Of a DNA stretch of 64,000 nt, positions 29,278-39,600 are shown in pieces. Below the pieces are notes generated by a model. It did no database searches and had not been told where the DNA came from. It was given only the letters and a program-made list of their open reading frames with translations. Location: assembly GCA_040768135.1 (NCBI GenBank), contig JAXGNF010000003.1, positions 11,191 through 75,190 on the forward strand. The letters run 5' to 3'. Both the position numbers and the translations under genes were made by a program. The DNA is from Thermoleophilia bacterium. GTDB lineage: Bacteria; Actinomycetota; Thermoleophilia; RBG-16-64-13. Numbering within the stretch: the first letter of the stretch is position 1; the number at the start of each line of letters is the position of its first letter.

Positions 29278-30066
29278 CTAGTAGATGCCCTGGCCTTCCC
29301 ACTGTTCTTTTCGCCGACCGGAGTGGTACCAGGGCAGGGTCACGCGCTCGATTCCGTAGACCAACACGAACAGGGCTACGCTCAGCAACGAGGTGACGAA
29401 CATGGCCGCGAACACTTGGTCTGTGGCAAGCGCGTTCTTCGAGCGAAGCAGGTATTGCCCCAGCCCCGGCGAGCCGCCCACCCACTCGCCGACGGTCGCC
29501 GCCACGATGCTGTACGTGACGGCCATACGCAGGCCCGTGAAGAACGAGGGAAGAGCCGAGGGCAGGCGGACCATCCGCCATATCTGTCTCCTATTTGCCC
29601 CCATAGACCGGACGAGAGCGATCAATTCCGGATCAGCGGACGCCAGGCCGTCGGCAGTGCTTATGGTGAGCGGAAAGAAGCAGAAGAGCACCACGATGGC
29701 CACGGTGGGAGTCATTCCAAACCCAAACCAGATGACCAAGATCGGAGCGACAGCCAGTATCTGTATTGTTTGCGATACCACCAGGAGCGGATAAAGAGCA
29801 CGACGGGCCACCGGCCAATAATCTACGAGAGCGGCCAGCCCAATCCCGGCTGTGAGGGCGAGCACCAATCCTATGAAGGTCGCCAGCATCGTGGTGCCGA
29901 CGGCATCAAGCAGCAAGTGTCTCGTCCTCCAACCGGCCTGTACCACATCGAGCGGAGAGGGCAGAATGAATCGACCCACTCCGCTCACCTTGGCCACGAA
30001 GTACCAACCCAAGACCAGTACCACGATGAGCAGCACCGGTGAAGCGATGTCTCTTCGCCGTTTCAT
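29278..30066 (-). CDS. ABC transporter permease (ThiX/SsuC-like)
   Basis: Six TM helices and the EAA-like motif region (ALVRSMGANRRQIWRMVRLPSALP) of binding-protein-dependent permeases. Confidence 0.8.
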   Translation of the reverse strand: MKRRRDIASPVLLIVVLVLGWYFVAKVSGVGRFILPSPLDVVQAGWRTRHLLLDAVGTTMLATFIGLVLALTAGIGLAALVDYWPVARRALYPLLVVSQTIQILAVAPILVIWFGFGMTPTVAIVVLFCFFPLTISTADGLASADPELIALVRSMGANRRQIWRMVRLPSALPSFFTGLRMAVTYSIVAATVGEWVGGSPGLGQYLLRSKNALATDQVFAAMFVTSLLSVALFVLVYGIERVTLPWYHSGRRKEQWEGQGIY

Positions 30067-30123
30067 CTTCCGGCCTGGCTACAGGGAACAGTGAGAAGCC
30101 GGCGCCGTGTCAGTACCGCAGTG

Positions 30124-30510
30124 TCAGTCCCCGCCACTCTCTGCTCCCCGGGTAGGCGGGTCCGTCTGGTCGTAGCCATTATCGCCGGACGCGGAAGCAT
30201 CGCCATCCAGCATGCGTTGGATCTCGCCGACCAACTCATCGCCGGGCATGCCGGCGGCCAGAGTGGCCGTCATCACGGAAGGGCCGCCCCGCTGCGCGGC
30301 GCGGAACGCCGCCCGCAGCGCGGCGAACACTTGGTCTTCGTCGCCCGTCAACAGTGTGCTCAGATTGCCGACGCGCACGGCGCACCCTTCGGCGCGGGCC
30401 GCCTGTATGGCGGCCTCGATGGGTTCGCCGATGCCTGCCTGCCGGAGCGGATAGATAGAGAACTGGCAGCCTAGGATCTGAGGACTTAAGTATCCGGATC
30501 TTTCGCTCAT
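30124..30510 (-). CDS. MTH1187/YkoF-family thiamine-binding protein
   Basis: ILGCQFSIYPLRQ...IEAAIQAARAEGCAVRVGNLSTLLTGDEDQVFAALRAAF matches the ~100-aa MTH1187/YkoF pattern (YPLG...T.IEGD.D.V). It is co-localised with the thiamine genes. Confidence 0.55.
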   Translation of the reverse strand: MSERSGYLSPQILGCQFSIYPLRQAGIGEPIEAAIQAARAEGCAVRVGNLSTLLTGDEDQVFAALRAAFRAAQRGGPSVMTATLAAGMPGDELVGEIQRMLDGDASASGDNGYDQTDPPTRGAESGGD

Positions 30511-30533
30511 CGCAACTACCTTTCTTCCGTTGT

Positions 30534-31172
30534 CTACTTGTCTCGGTAGTGGAACAGTAGGAGAGTGCCTTTCCCGTGACTCACGCGGGCTCGGGTGTCT
30601 ACCATCATGTTGCTGACGCCCCGAGTAGACGACTGAAGGAGCGTCTCACCTCTCAAAGGGTAGAGCAGTCCCTCGGTCACCACCTCATCCACCTCGGGAG
30701 TCAGGGCCAGCAGGGAGACGATGTCTCCGGGTGCCCCCGCGACTTCCGCCTCCCCTTTGACCAGGAAGATCTCGTGCAGTTCGTCGACCAGGCGCACTCG
30801 GACACCCTCCAGCCAGGGTGACGTAAGGAGGAGTAGATTCCCGATGAAGTGATCGAAGCGAGGCCCGCCAAGCGCTCCATACACAGTGATTTCGCCCGCG
30901 CCGCGATCCACGGCGAGCCGCATCGCAACCTCGGTATCAGTCTCGTTCTTCGCCGTCGGTAGGAGCAAGACCTCGACTCCCCGATGCTCCAGCCACCGGC
31001 GGGTCGCAGGATCGATCGAGTCCATGTCGCCCACGAGCAGAGCGGGGATAATGCCCATTCCAACCAGCGCCTGGGCCCCCCCGTCGACGGCCACGATCAA
31101 GTCGGCTTCAACAACAGAGGCGGCATCCAACTCGACCACCGGTCTCGAACCCGCTACTACGACAGCACGCAT
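30534..31172 (-). CDS. thiN: thiamine diphosphokinase
   Basis: LIVAVDGGA...VGDMDSI is the TPK catalytic-domain motif (GD.DS). It is the first gene after a TPP riboswitch. Confidence 0.75.
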   Translation of the reverse strand: MRAVVVAGSRPVVELDAASVVEADLIVAVDGGAQALVGMGIIPALLVGDMDSIDPATRRWLEHRGVEVLLLPTAKNETDTEVAMRLAVDRGAGEITVYGALGGPRFDHFIGNLLLLTSPWLEGVRVRLVDELHEIFLVKGEAEVAGAPGDIVSLLALTPEVDEVVTEGLLYPLRGETLLQSSTRGVSNMMVDTRARVSHGKGTLLLFHYRDK

Positions 31173-31244
31173 GCTCCACTCCTAACTCACTGGGGAACAT
31201 GGGGCTGCATTTTGAACGAAGACACCGACACCGTCAGAAGGCGG

Positions 31245-31335
31245 GCGGGCTATCGCAGATCACCGTTACTTCCCTTCGCTGGCATTACCCAGATCAGGTT
31301 CGCAGGGTCTGTGGCCTAGCCACACTCTCAGCTAC
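31245..31335 (-). ncRNA. TPP (thiamine pyrophosphate) riboswitch / THI element
   Basis: The minus-strand sequence contains GAACCUGAUCUGGGUAAUGCCAGCGAAGGGAAG, the conserved TPP-riboswitch core. It is preceded by ...CACAGACCCUGC (CUGAGA-like) and lies in the 5' leader of the thiN-ykoF-thiXYZ-like operon. Boundaries are approximate. Confidence 0.75.
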
Positions 31336-31684
31336 AAGCTCCCCTAGCAAGGCACATTGAATGTGTGCTTAGTATACCATCGACAACGCACGATCGGCTG
31401 GGACACTATTTTGATAAACAGATATCGCACCGCGTTATAGCGCAACGTGATAGAGTGTTATTCAGTGTCACCGGTCGATCGATTTTTGGGAACTAGCGGC
31501 AGTTCTTCCTGAGGAACTCCTGCAGGTTCTTGGGTTTTCGCGAGGCCGGGAGGCCTGCAGAGTCGGGGGGCGGCCGATTCGCCGGCGTGGTGACCACTCG
31601 AGACCGGGATCACTTGGGAATCGAGGGCGGTGGCGGTCAACGACGCGGGCGGGCGCCGCGATTCGTCCGTATGGAGAGGAGCGA

Positions 31685-32298
31685 TCGTGTCGAGGACAGA
31701 GGCGTCCGAGGCGGGAAGTCGGACCGGGGAGGGGCTCACCGAGATACGGTGGCATGCCCGGGGCGGTCAGGGAGCCGTCACGGCGGCAAAGATGGTGGCC
31801 GAACTGGCCCTGGGCCAGGGCAAACACTTCCAAGCATTCCCTGAGTATGGGCCTGAGCGGTCGGGGGCGCCCATCGTGGCGTTCACCCGCGTCAGCGACG
31901 AACCCATCCAGATCTATGCGGGTGTGGAGCGTCCGGGGATCGTGGTGGTCCTTGACTCCTCCCTGCTCAGCGTCATCGATGTGACCAGAGGGGCACCCGA
32001 AGATGCGGTGGTGTTGGTCAACAGTGAGATGGCTCCGGCAGACCTGCGTAAGGAGCACGGGCTCAAAGGGGGCCGCCTCTATACCATCGCCGCGACCCGC
32101 ATAGCCACCGAGACCATCCGCCGACCCATCCCGAACACACCCATGGTGGGAGCCTTGACCCGCATTACGGGGCTATTCCCCATCGAAGACGTGGTCGAGT
32201 TTCTGCGCGTGGACTTCGGCAAGAAGTTCCCGCCAAAAGTGGTCGAGGGCAACATCGCGGCCATCATGCGCGCATATGAGGAGGTGCGGGGCGAATGA
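31685..32298 (+). CDS. porG: pyruvate/2-oxoacid:ferredoxin oxidoreductase gamma subunit
   Basis: GTG at 31685, 6 nt after GGAGAGGAG. EIRWHARGGQGAVTAAKMVA...PEYGPERSGAP is the PorG signature. Confidence 0.85.
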
Positions 32299-32618
32299 GC
32301 GCCGCCAAGAAAACAACCTGGGATATCAGCGACATAGACACGTGGGGGCCCGAGAGGCACGAACTCGGAGCGACGATCCCTGTAGCGGGGAACTCCATGG
32401 AGGTCGAGACCGGCGGCTGGCGCTCGCAGGTACCCGTAATCTCCAGCGAGAAGTGCACAGGCTGCATGCTCTGCTACTTCTACTGTCCCGACGCCTCCAT
32501 CATCGTCGAAGACGGCAAAGCGGTGGGAATCGACCTCGACCACTGCAAAGGCTGCGGTATCTGCGCCAATGAGTGCCCGGCCAAGGCCATCGTCATGAAG
32601 ACCGAAGAGAAGGAGTGA
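32295..32618 (+). CDS. porD: pyruvate:ferredoxin oxidoreductase delta subunit (2x[4Fe-4S] ferredoxin)
   Basis: CTGCMLCYFYCP and CKGCGICANECP. Overlapping ATGA junction with porG. Confidence 0.85.
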   Translation: MSAAKKTTWDISDIDTWGPERHELGATIPVAGNSMEVETGGWRSQVPVISSEKCTGCMLCYFYCPDASIIVEDGKAVGIDLDHCKGCGICANECPAKAIVMKTEEKE

Positions 32619-32622
32619 CGAG

Positions 32623-33825
32623 GTGAGCGGACAGAAGACAACCACGCTCGCCGTCACCGGTAACGAAGCCGCAGCGGAGGCAATGCGCCAGATAGACCCC
32701 GACGTGGTCTGTGCTTACCCTATCACTCCACAGACCGAGGTCGTGCAGATCTATGCACAAATGGTAGCCGACGGCAGGGTGACCTCCGAGTTCGTGACGG
32801 TGGAGTCGGAGCACTCGGCTATGAGCGCCGTGATAGGTGCAGCCGCCGGCGGCGCCCGCACTATGACTGCCACCTCTTCCCAGGGGTTCGCCCTCATGTG
32901 GGAACTTCTCTTTGTGGCTTCGAGTTACCGGCTACCAGTAGTGATGACCACAGTCAACCGGGCTCTTTCGGGTCCCATCAACATCCACTGCGATCACAGC
33001 GACACTATGGGTGGTCGTGATAGCGGCTGGATCCAGCTCTATGGTGAAGACCATCAACAGGCCTATGACAACTGCATCCAGGCCGTGCGCATCGGGGAAC
33101 ATATGGACGTCCGCCTACCCGTCATGCACATGTACGATGGCTACGTCATCAGTGGGGCCATAGGGCCTTTGGTCATGCTCACCGACGAGCAGGTCCATGA
33201 CTTTGTTGGGCCCTTCACACCCATCAACCCCCTACTTGACCCTAAGCGTCCGGTCACAGTAGGCCCATTCGACGGTCTGCACGGTTGGTACTTCGAACAC
33301 AAGGTGGCGCAGAACCGAGCTATGGACCGGGCCCTCAAAGTAATCCAGGACGTGGCCGATGAGTTCGCCGAGTTGAGTGGACGGCATTACGGTCTGCTCG
33401 ACCCTTATCGACTCGAAGACGCCGAGATCGCCATTGTAGTGGTCAACTCCACTGCAGGGACAACCCGCATGGTGGTCGACAAGCTGCGAGCGCGGGGAGT
33501 CAAGGCCGGGATGATCCGCATGCGGGTGTTCCGTCCCTTTCCCTACGCCGCTTACGCCAAAGCGCTCGAGCATGTCAAAGTCGTGGGCGTGCTCGATCGG
33601 GCCGACTCCTTCGGAGCACAAGGCGGACCGCTCTTTCTGGAGATCCGAGCGGCCCTCTACGACAACGACCCGCGGCCCCAGGTGTTGCCGTTTGTCTATG
33701 GATTGGGCGGCCGGGACGTCTTCCCGGACAACATCGAGCAGGCATTCGCAGTGCTGGAACAGGCGGCAGCAGGCAAGAAACGGAGCTCGACCGAGCGGCG
33801 CTATCTCAACCTGCGGGAAGACTGA
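32623..33825 (+). CDS. porA: pyruvate:ferredoxin oxidoreductase alpha subunit
   Basis: N-terminal AVTGNEAAAEAMRQIDPDVVCAYPITPQTE is the PFOR domain I signature. 400 aa. Confidence 0.9.
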   Translation: MSGQKTTTLAVTGNEAAAEAMRQIDPDVVCAYPITPQTEVVQIYAQMVADGRVTSEFVTVESEHSAMSAVIGAAAGGARTMTATSSQGFALMWELLFVASSYRLPVVMTTVNRALSGPINIHCDHSDTMGGRDSGWIQLYGEDHQQAYDNCIQAVRIGEHMDVRLPVMHMYDGYVISGAIGPLVMLTDEQVHDFVGPFTPINPLLDPKRPVTVGPFDGLHGWYFEHKVAQNRAMDRALKVIQDVADEFAELSGRHYGLLDPYRLEDAEIAIVVVNSTAGTTRMVVDKLRARGVKAGMIRMRVFRPFPYAAYAKALEHVKVVGVLDRADSFGAQGGPLFLEIRAALYDNDPRPQVLPFVYGLGGRDVFPDNIEQAFAVLEQAAAGKKRSSTERRYLNLRED

Positions 33826-33834
33826 GGTGGGGGT

Positions 33835-34696
33835 GATGACGAACGGAAACGGAGGCAACGGCAAGAGACCACGGGGGGGTGGCCCGAGAGACGCGCATGT
33901 AGCTCAGCCCAAAGGCTCGGCCCTCTACGAGGTTCTGAAAGGGATCGACTTTGAGCGCAGGCAATTGGTGGGTAAGAATCCCTCCATCGGTCTTTTTGAC
34001 CTTGTCAGAAAAGAGGACGGTAGCTATCGCTGTTACTCATGCACCCTCTGCGAGCGCGTCTGTCCGGTGGACTGTATCGAACTCGAATACTGCCCGGAAT
34101 TCCCCGAGGAACCCTTCGATTTCGACGCCGCTCGGGCGGCCGCTTTGACGACGCTCCCGGGGGAGAGTTGTGGAGCTGCATCAGCGTGTGTGATGGGGGA
34201 AGCGCCCGCTCAGTTCGTCCCCGAGATCGACAAGAAGCTCCTTGACCCTGTGATCGCGGGTATCCGGGCGGGATCGGGCCTGGTGGAGGCCCTCCACGCG
34301 ACTCAGGAGGCGTACGGCTACCTGCCGCGGGTGGCTTTGGAGGATATCGCCGAGGAGATAAGCATTCCTTTCTCGCGCGTCTTTGGCGTGGCCAGCTTCT
34401 ACAGCCAGTTCCGGCTCCGGCCGGTAGGCAAATACGTCATTGATGTCTGCATGGGGACTGCGTGTCACGTGGCGGGCGCGCCGCTTATCGTGGAAGCCTT
34501 CAGCCAGGAACTTGAGATCCCCGTCGGGGGCACGACACCAGACGGCCTCTTCACCCTGCAGACCGTCAACTGCGTGGGTGCCTGTGCCCTCGCCCCGGTA
34601 GTTCGCATCGGCGAGGACGAGACGTTCGGCCGCTTGGGTCCTACAGAGGCCCGGCGCCTGGTGCGCAGGCTTCGCAGGCAGGAGGCGGCGTCATGA
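33835..34696 (+). CDS. NuoE/HydC/StnC-like [2Fe-2S] thioredoxin-like ferredoxin subunit with a Cys-containing N-terminal extension
   Basis: ATG at 33835 after GAGGTGGGGG. The core SRVFGVASFYSQF...VCMGTACHVAGA...VNCVGACALAPV is the NuoE fold. The extra roughly 100-aa N-terminal region carries CYSCTLCERVCPVDC. Confidence 0.8.
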
Positions 34697-36612
34697 ATGC
34701 CGCCGGAGAAGCTCGTGCCGCCGCTATCTATGCAGCCCTCGACGCTGCGGCCGACAAGAACGCTTACCTTTCCGACGACACCAAGACCGAGATCCGCCTC
34801 TGTGCCGGTACGGCCTGCCACGCCTCCGGCCGAGTAGCACTACGCGAGGCGGTGGAGAAGGCCCTCGCTCAACGGGGACTCAGCGAACAGGTGAGGGTCA
34901 TCGAGACAGGCTGCCACGGCTTCTGCCAACAGGGCCCCATCATCGTCATCAGGCCCAAGGGGATCTTCTATCCGCGCCTGAAGCCCCAGGACATTGATGA
35001 GATCATCGAGGCCAGCGTGGTGGGCGACGGCGTGGTCGAACGCCTTCTGTACCGACATCCCCAGACCGACGAACCCCTGGCGCTGGAAGAAGAGATCCCC
35101 TTCTATGCCCTTCAGAAGCGGATTGTCCTCAGCCTCAACGGCAAGATCGATCCTTATTCGATCGATGACTATCTGGCCCACCATGGGTACACGGCGCTCG
35201 CCAAGGTCTTGGCCGAAGCCGATCCGCAGGCCCTCATCGCTGAGATTGAGAAGAGCGGCCTCCGGGGTCGAGGTGGCGCCGGTTTCCCGACGGCGCGCAA
35301 GTGGCGCTCATGCCGGGCCAACCCAGGCGACAAGCATTACATCATCTGCAACGCCGACGAGGGCGATCCCGGAGCCTTCATGGACCGCTCGGTACTCGAA
35401 GGCAACCCCCACAGCGTCATCGAAGGCATGGTCATAGCAGCATACGCTATCGGCGTCGATAACGGTCCCGTCGAAGGCTACGTCTATGTACGACGCGAGT
35501 ACCCATTTGCGGTGGAACGTCTGCGCCGGGCTCTGGATCAGGCTCGGGAGAGAGGCCTGCTGGGCCGGGACATCCTGGGCTCGGGTTTTGATTTCGACAT
35601 CCGCATAAACCAAGGTGCAGGTGCCTTTGTCTGCGGAGAATCCACCGCCCTAACCCTCTCCATCGAGGGACACCGGGGCATGCCCCGGGGTAAGCACATC
35701 CGCACCGTGGCCCGTGGCCTGTGGGGTCAGCCCACCAACCTCAACAACGTGGAGACCTACGCCAGCGTACCCTGGATCATCAACCACGGCGCTGAGGAAT
35801 TCGCCGCCGTGGGCACCGCTACCAGCAAAGGCACCAAGATATTCTCACTCACCGGCAAAGTGATGAATGGTGGACTTATCGAGGTGCCCATGGGTGTCAC
35901 CCTGCGAGAGGTGATCTTCGATATCGGAGGCGGTATGCTGCCGGGCCGCGAGTTCAAAGCGGTCCAGCTGGGCGGTCCGTCAGGAGGCTGCCTCCCGGCC
36001 TCGCTCCTGGACGAACCCATTGACTTCGAGAGCCTGGTCGCCGCCGGCTCCATGATGGGTTCCGGTGGCATGGTGGTAGTGGACGACACTACCTGCATGG
36101 TCGATTTTGCCAAGTTCTTCTTACAGTTCACTGCAGAGGAGAGTTGTGGCAAGTGCGTGCCCTGCCGAGTGGGAACCACCCGTATGCTCGAGATACTCGA
36201 ACGGATATCGGCAGGCTTGGCCTCACTCGAAGAGGTCGAACTGCTAGAACGGTTGGCCGACGATGTGGTCGAAGGGTCGCTTTGTGCCCTTGGAGGCAGC
36301 GCCCCTAACCCGGTCCTCTCCACCCTGCGCTACTTCCGGGATGAAGTCGTGGCTCATGTGACCGAGCGACGTTGTCCGGCCAAGGTCTGCCGTCCGCTCA
36401 TCCGCTATACGATCGACAAAGAGGCGTGCACTGGGTGCCGGGCCTGCATCACAGCCTGCCCGACCGGCGCAGTGAGCGGAGAACGCAAAGAGCCCCATCA
36501 CATCGACCAGAAACTCTGTATCCAGTGCGACGCCTGTCGCCAGGCCTGTCGGTTCGACGCCGTCCGGGTTGAGACCGGGATACCGTCGCTCGTCGAAGGG
36601 AGGCGCAGATGA
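34693..36612 (+). CDS. NuoF/HydB/StnB-like NAD(H)-binding FMN subunit with an N-terminal thioredoxin-like 2Fe-2S domain and a C-terminal 2x[4Fe-4S] ferredoxin
   Basis: N-terminal CAGTACHASG...CHGFCQQGP is a 2Fe-2S site. GRGGAGFPTARKW is the NuoF FMN/NADH site. The SLBB and 4Fe-4S region is ESCGKCVPCR. C-terminal CTGCRACITACP and CIQCDACRQACR. Overlapping start/stop with both neighbours. Confidence 0.85.
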   Translation: MNAAGEARAAAIYAALDAAADKNAYLSDDTKTEIRLCAGTACHASGRVALREAVEKALAQRGLSEQVRVIETGCHGFCQQGPIIVIRPKGIFYPRLKPQDIDEIIEASVVGDGVVERLLYRHPQTDEPLALEEEIPFYALQKRIVLSLNGKIDPYSIDDYLAHHGYTALAKVLAEADPQALIAEIEKSGLRGRGGAGFPTARKWRSCRANPGDKHYIICNADEGDPGAFMDRSVLEGNPHSVIEGMVIAAYAIGVDNGPVEGYVYVRREYPFAVERLRRALDQARERGLLGRDILGSGFDFDIRINQGAGAFVCGESTALTLSIEGHRGMPRGKHIRTVARGLWGQPTNLNNVETYASVPWIINHGAEEFAAVGTATSKGTKIFSLTGKVMNGGLIEVPMGVTLREVIFDIGGGMLPGREFKAVQLGGPSGGCLPASLLDEPIDFESLVAAGSMMGSGGMVVVDDTTCMVDFAKFFLQFTAEESCGKCVPCRVGTTRMLEILERISAGLASLEEVELLERLADDVVEGSLCALGGSAPNPVLSTLRYFRDEVVAHVTERRCPAKVCRPLIRYTIDKEACTGCRACITACPTGAVSGERKEPHHIDQKLCIQCDACRQACRFDAVRVETGIPSLVEGRRR

Positions 36613-39600
36613 GCGCACGGACAGACAAAGAGACCCTGGCCGGTGGCTCTGCCAAAGCCACCCTCGGCAGTTCCTTGGGTGACGCTGCCGACGCCGCATC
36701 CCAAGTCACGCTCACAATAGACGGCAAAGAACTCCGTGCCCAAGCGGGCGAAACGGTCCTTGATGTCGCCCGACGTGCGCGAATCTACATCCCTGCCCTG
36801 TGTCACATCGCCGATACTGCCGCCTGGGGGGCCTGCCGTCTTTGCCTGGTTGAGGTGGACGGAGTGGATAAGCTCCAAGCCGCCTGCACCACCTGGGTGG
36901 CCGAGGGTATGGTGGTACGCACCAATACTCCACGTGTACGGGCCCGCCGTGAGAGCTATCTCAAGATGTACCTGTCCGACCACAACGCCTACTGCGAAGC
37001 TCCGTGCTCACATGCCTGCCCGACCCACATAGACATCCCCGCGTATATGGCAGCCTTGGCCGCCGGCGACCCGGACGAGGCCCTCTCCATCGTACTGGCC
37101 GAACTCCCTTTTCCGGGCGTCCTTGGACGGATATGCCCGCGCTACTGTGAGCCGGTCTGTCGCCGTAGCGAAGTAGACGACGCCGTCGCCATCTGCGACC
37201 TACACCGCGCGCTGGGCGACCACGCCGGGCGCGGCCAGGTGCGTCTCCGCCCCGGCCGGCCCAGTGGCCGGCGTGTAGCCGTAATCGGCGCCGGCCCTGC
37301 AGGGTTGTCGGCCGCCTGGTTCCTGGCCGAGAAGGGACACCAGGTGACCATATACGACGAGCACGAAGAGCCCGGGGGCTTACTCCGATACGGTATCCCT
37401 GAGTTCAAACTCCCTCAGCGTGTGCTCGAAGACGAACTGCGGCCGCTCTGGGAGGCGGGGGTCCGCTTCTCCGGGGGGTCGAAGATACCCGCGGTAGGCG
37501 GCGCCGAGAGGCTGCTGGACGCCGGCTTCGACGCAGTCATAGTCGGCACCGGAGGCGGACCGGCGCCCAGAGCCCGTCGAACCGCTAAGGGAGAAAAGGT
37601 GTTGAGCGCCTCCAAGCTGCTTGGCCAGGTGCGCTCGGGCGACGCTGTCTCGCTGTCCCCCAAGGTGATAGTGCTCGGCGACGATGTGGTGGCCCTCGAC
37701 GCGGCCCGGACTGCTCTACGCCTTGGAGCCACAGAAGTAACCGTGATCACGCCCCGCCAGCCCGACGATCTCCCCGCGGGCGACCGCGAACTGACGGCCG
37801 CCTTTGACGAAGGGGTCAGGTTCGAGTTCGGCGCGGCCCACCCCAAGGCCTCCGCGTTTGCCGGCGACGACATCACAGTCATCGTCGAAAAAGAGCGCCC
37901 TACGGCGAAGCCCATAGATGCCCACCCGTCGACGGGGCGCACGGGCGCCCGGGGCGTGTTTGCCGCAGGCGACGCGATCGGTGGTGTTCAGTCGGTGATC
38001 CACGCGGTCGCGAGTGGCAAGCGCACCGCTCTCGCGGTAGACGCTTGGCTGCGGGATGTGGATCTTGACCAGTTGGAGCAAGACCTGGCCGAGTACGAGG
38101 CTCTACCGTATCTGGAGCAGCTCGCGCAGTCAGAGCGGATCGACACTCTGGGCCAACGTCTGGCCGAGCGGACGCCGGTGTGGCTCAAAATGGGAGCGAC
38201 TGCGGAGCCCGCGGGCCGGGCAGCTATGCCCAAGACGGCTAAGGCCAAGCGCCTCTCCGATCTCAACGTCGAAGTAGAGAAAGGCCTTAGCCTGGCGGTG
38301 GCCCAAGAGGAGGCCAAACGCTGTCTACAGTGCGTATGTCCGGCTCTGGGAACCTGCTCACTACAGAAGCTCGGGGTCGAGTACGGTATCACTGCCAACG
38401 AATTGGCGGTTAAGGGTGGCCGGGTACGGGTCGTAGGATCGCAGCATGAGCACCCCTTCATCAGGCGCGACATGGAGCGCTGTATCGCCTGCGGCCGCTG
38501 TGTCCGAGTCTGCCGCGACGTAGCGGGCCCAGCCTGCTACGACTTCACCGGCCGGGGCTTCACCATGAACGTCGACACTCCTTACAGCGAAGCCCTGCAG
38601 CTTGCCGACTGCATCAGTTGCGGGCGTTGTGTGAGCACCTGCCCGACCGGGGCCTTGACTTTCAACGAGCGGAGTCTTACCTCCTTCCGAGTCGACGAAA
38701 GCCGGTGCATCCTGTGCAGGGAGTGCGTGGAGGTCTGCCCGGTGGACGCCCTGGAAGAGACCAATCACTTCGAAGAGGCCCGCCGGAGGTGGCTTGAACT
38801 GGTCGGCAAAGGCAGTCAACTCGCCGGCGGCCACCGCATGTGTGCAGGTTGTGGGGCGCCGATAGTCGTACGCCAAGTGCTCATGGGGACGGACCGCCCG
38901 ACGGTGGTGGGAGCGGCTACGGGATGCCTCGAGGTAAGTACGACTATCTATCCGTACACTTCTTGGAAGGGTGGTTTTATCCACACAGCCTTCGAGAACG
39001 CTGCGGCCACCGTCAGCGGAGTCGAGACCGCCTACCGAGCTTTGCGAAAGAAGGGCACTATTGACGAGGATGTCAGATTCATCGCCTTCGGCGGTGACGG
39101 AGGCACGTACGACATCGGATTGCAGTCACTCTCCGGGGCCATGGAACGAGGCCACCGGATGCTCTACGTCTGCTACGACAACGGCGCTTACATGAACACC
39201 GGTTTCCAGCGCTCGGGCGCGACGCCGATCTCGGCTTGGACCACCACCAGCCCGGTCGGTAGAGAGTCGCCCGGCAAGTTGCAACACCGCAAGAACCTCA
39301 CCGAGTTGATGATCGCCCACGGCATACCGTACGTGGCCCAGGCCTCCCCCCACGATCCCCGCGACCTGGTACGCAAAGCCGCCAAAGCTTTGTCGATCGA
39401 TGGTCCGACGTTCTTGAACGTCCTCTCCCCCTGCCCGCGCGGATGGCGTTCGGACGGCGCCGAGAGCATCGACCTAGCCCGCGAAGCGGTGAACACCTGC
39501 TACTGGCCGCTCTTCGAATATGAAGATGGTGAGTACCGTCTGACCTACCGGCCGCATCACAAGCTGCCTCTGATACCGTGGCTGAAACGCCAAGGCCGCT

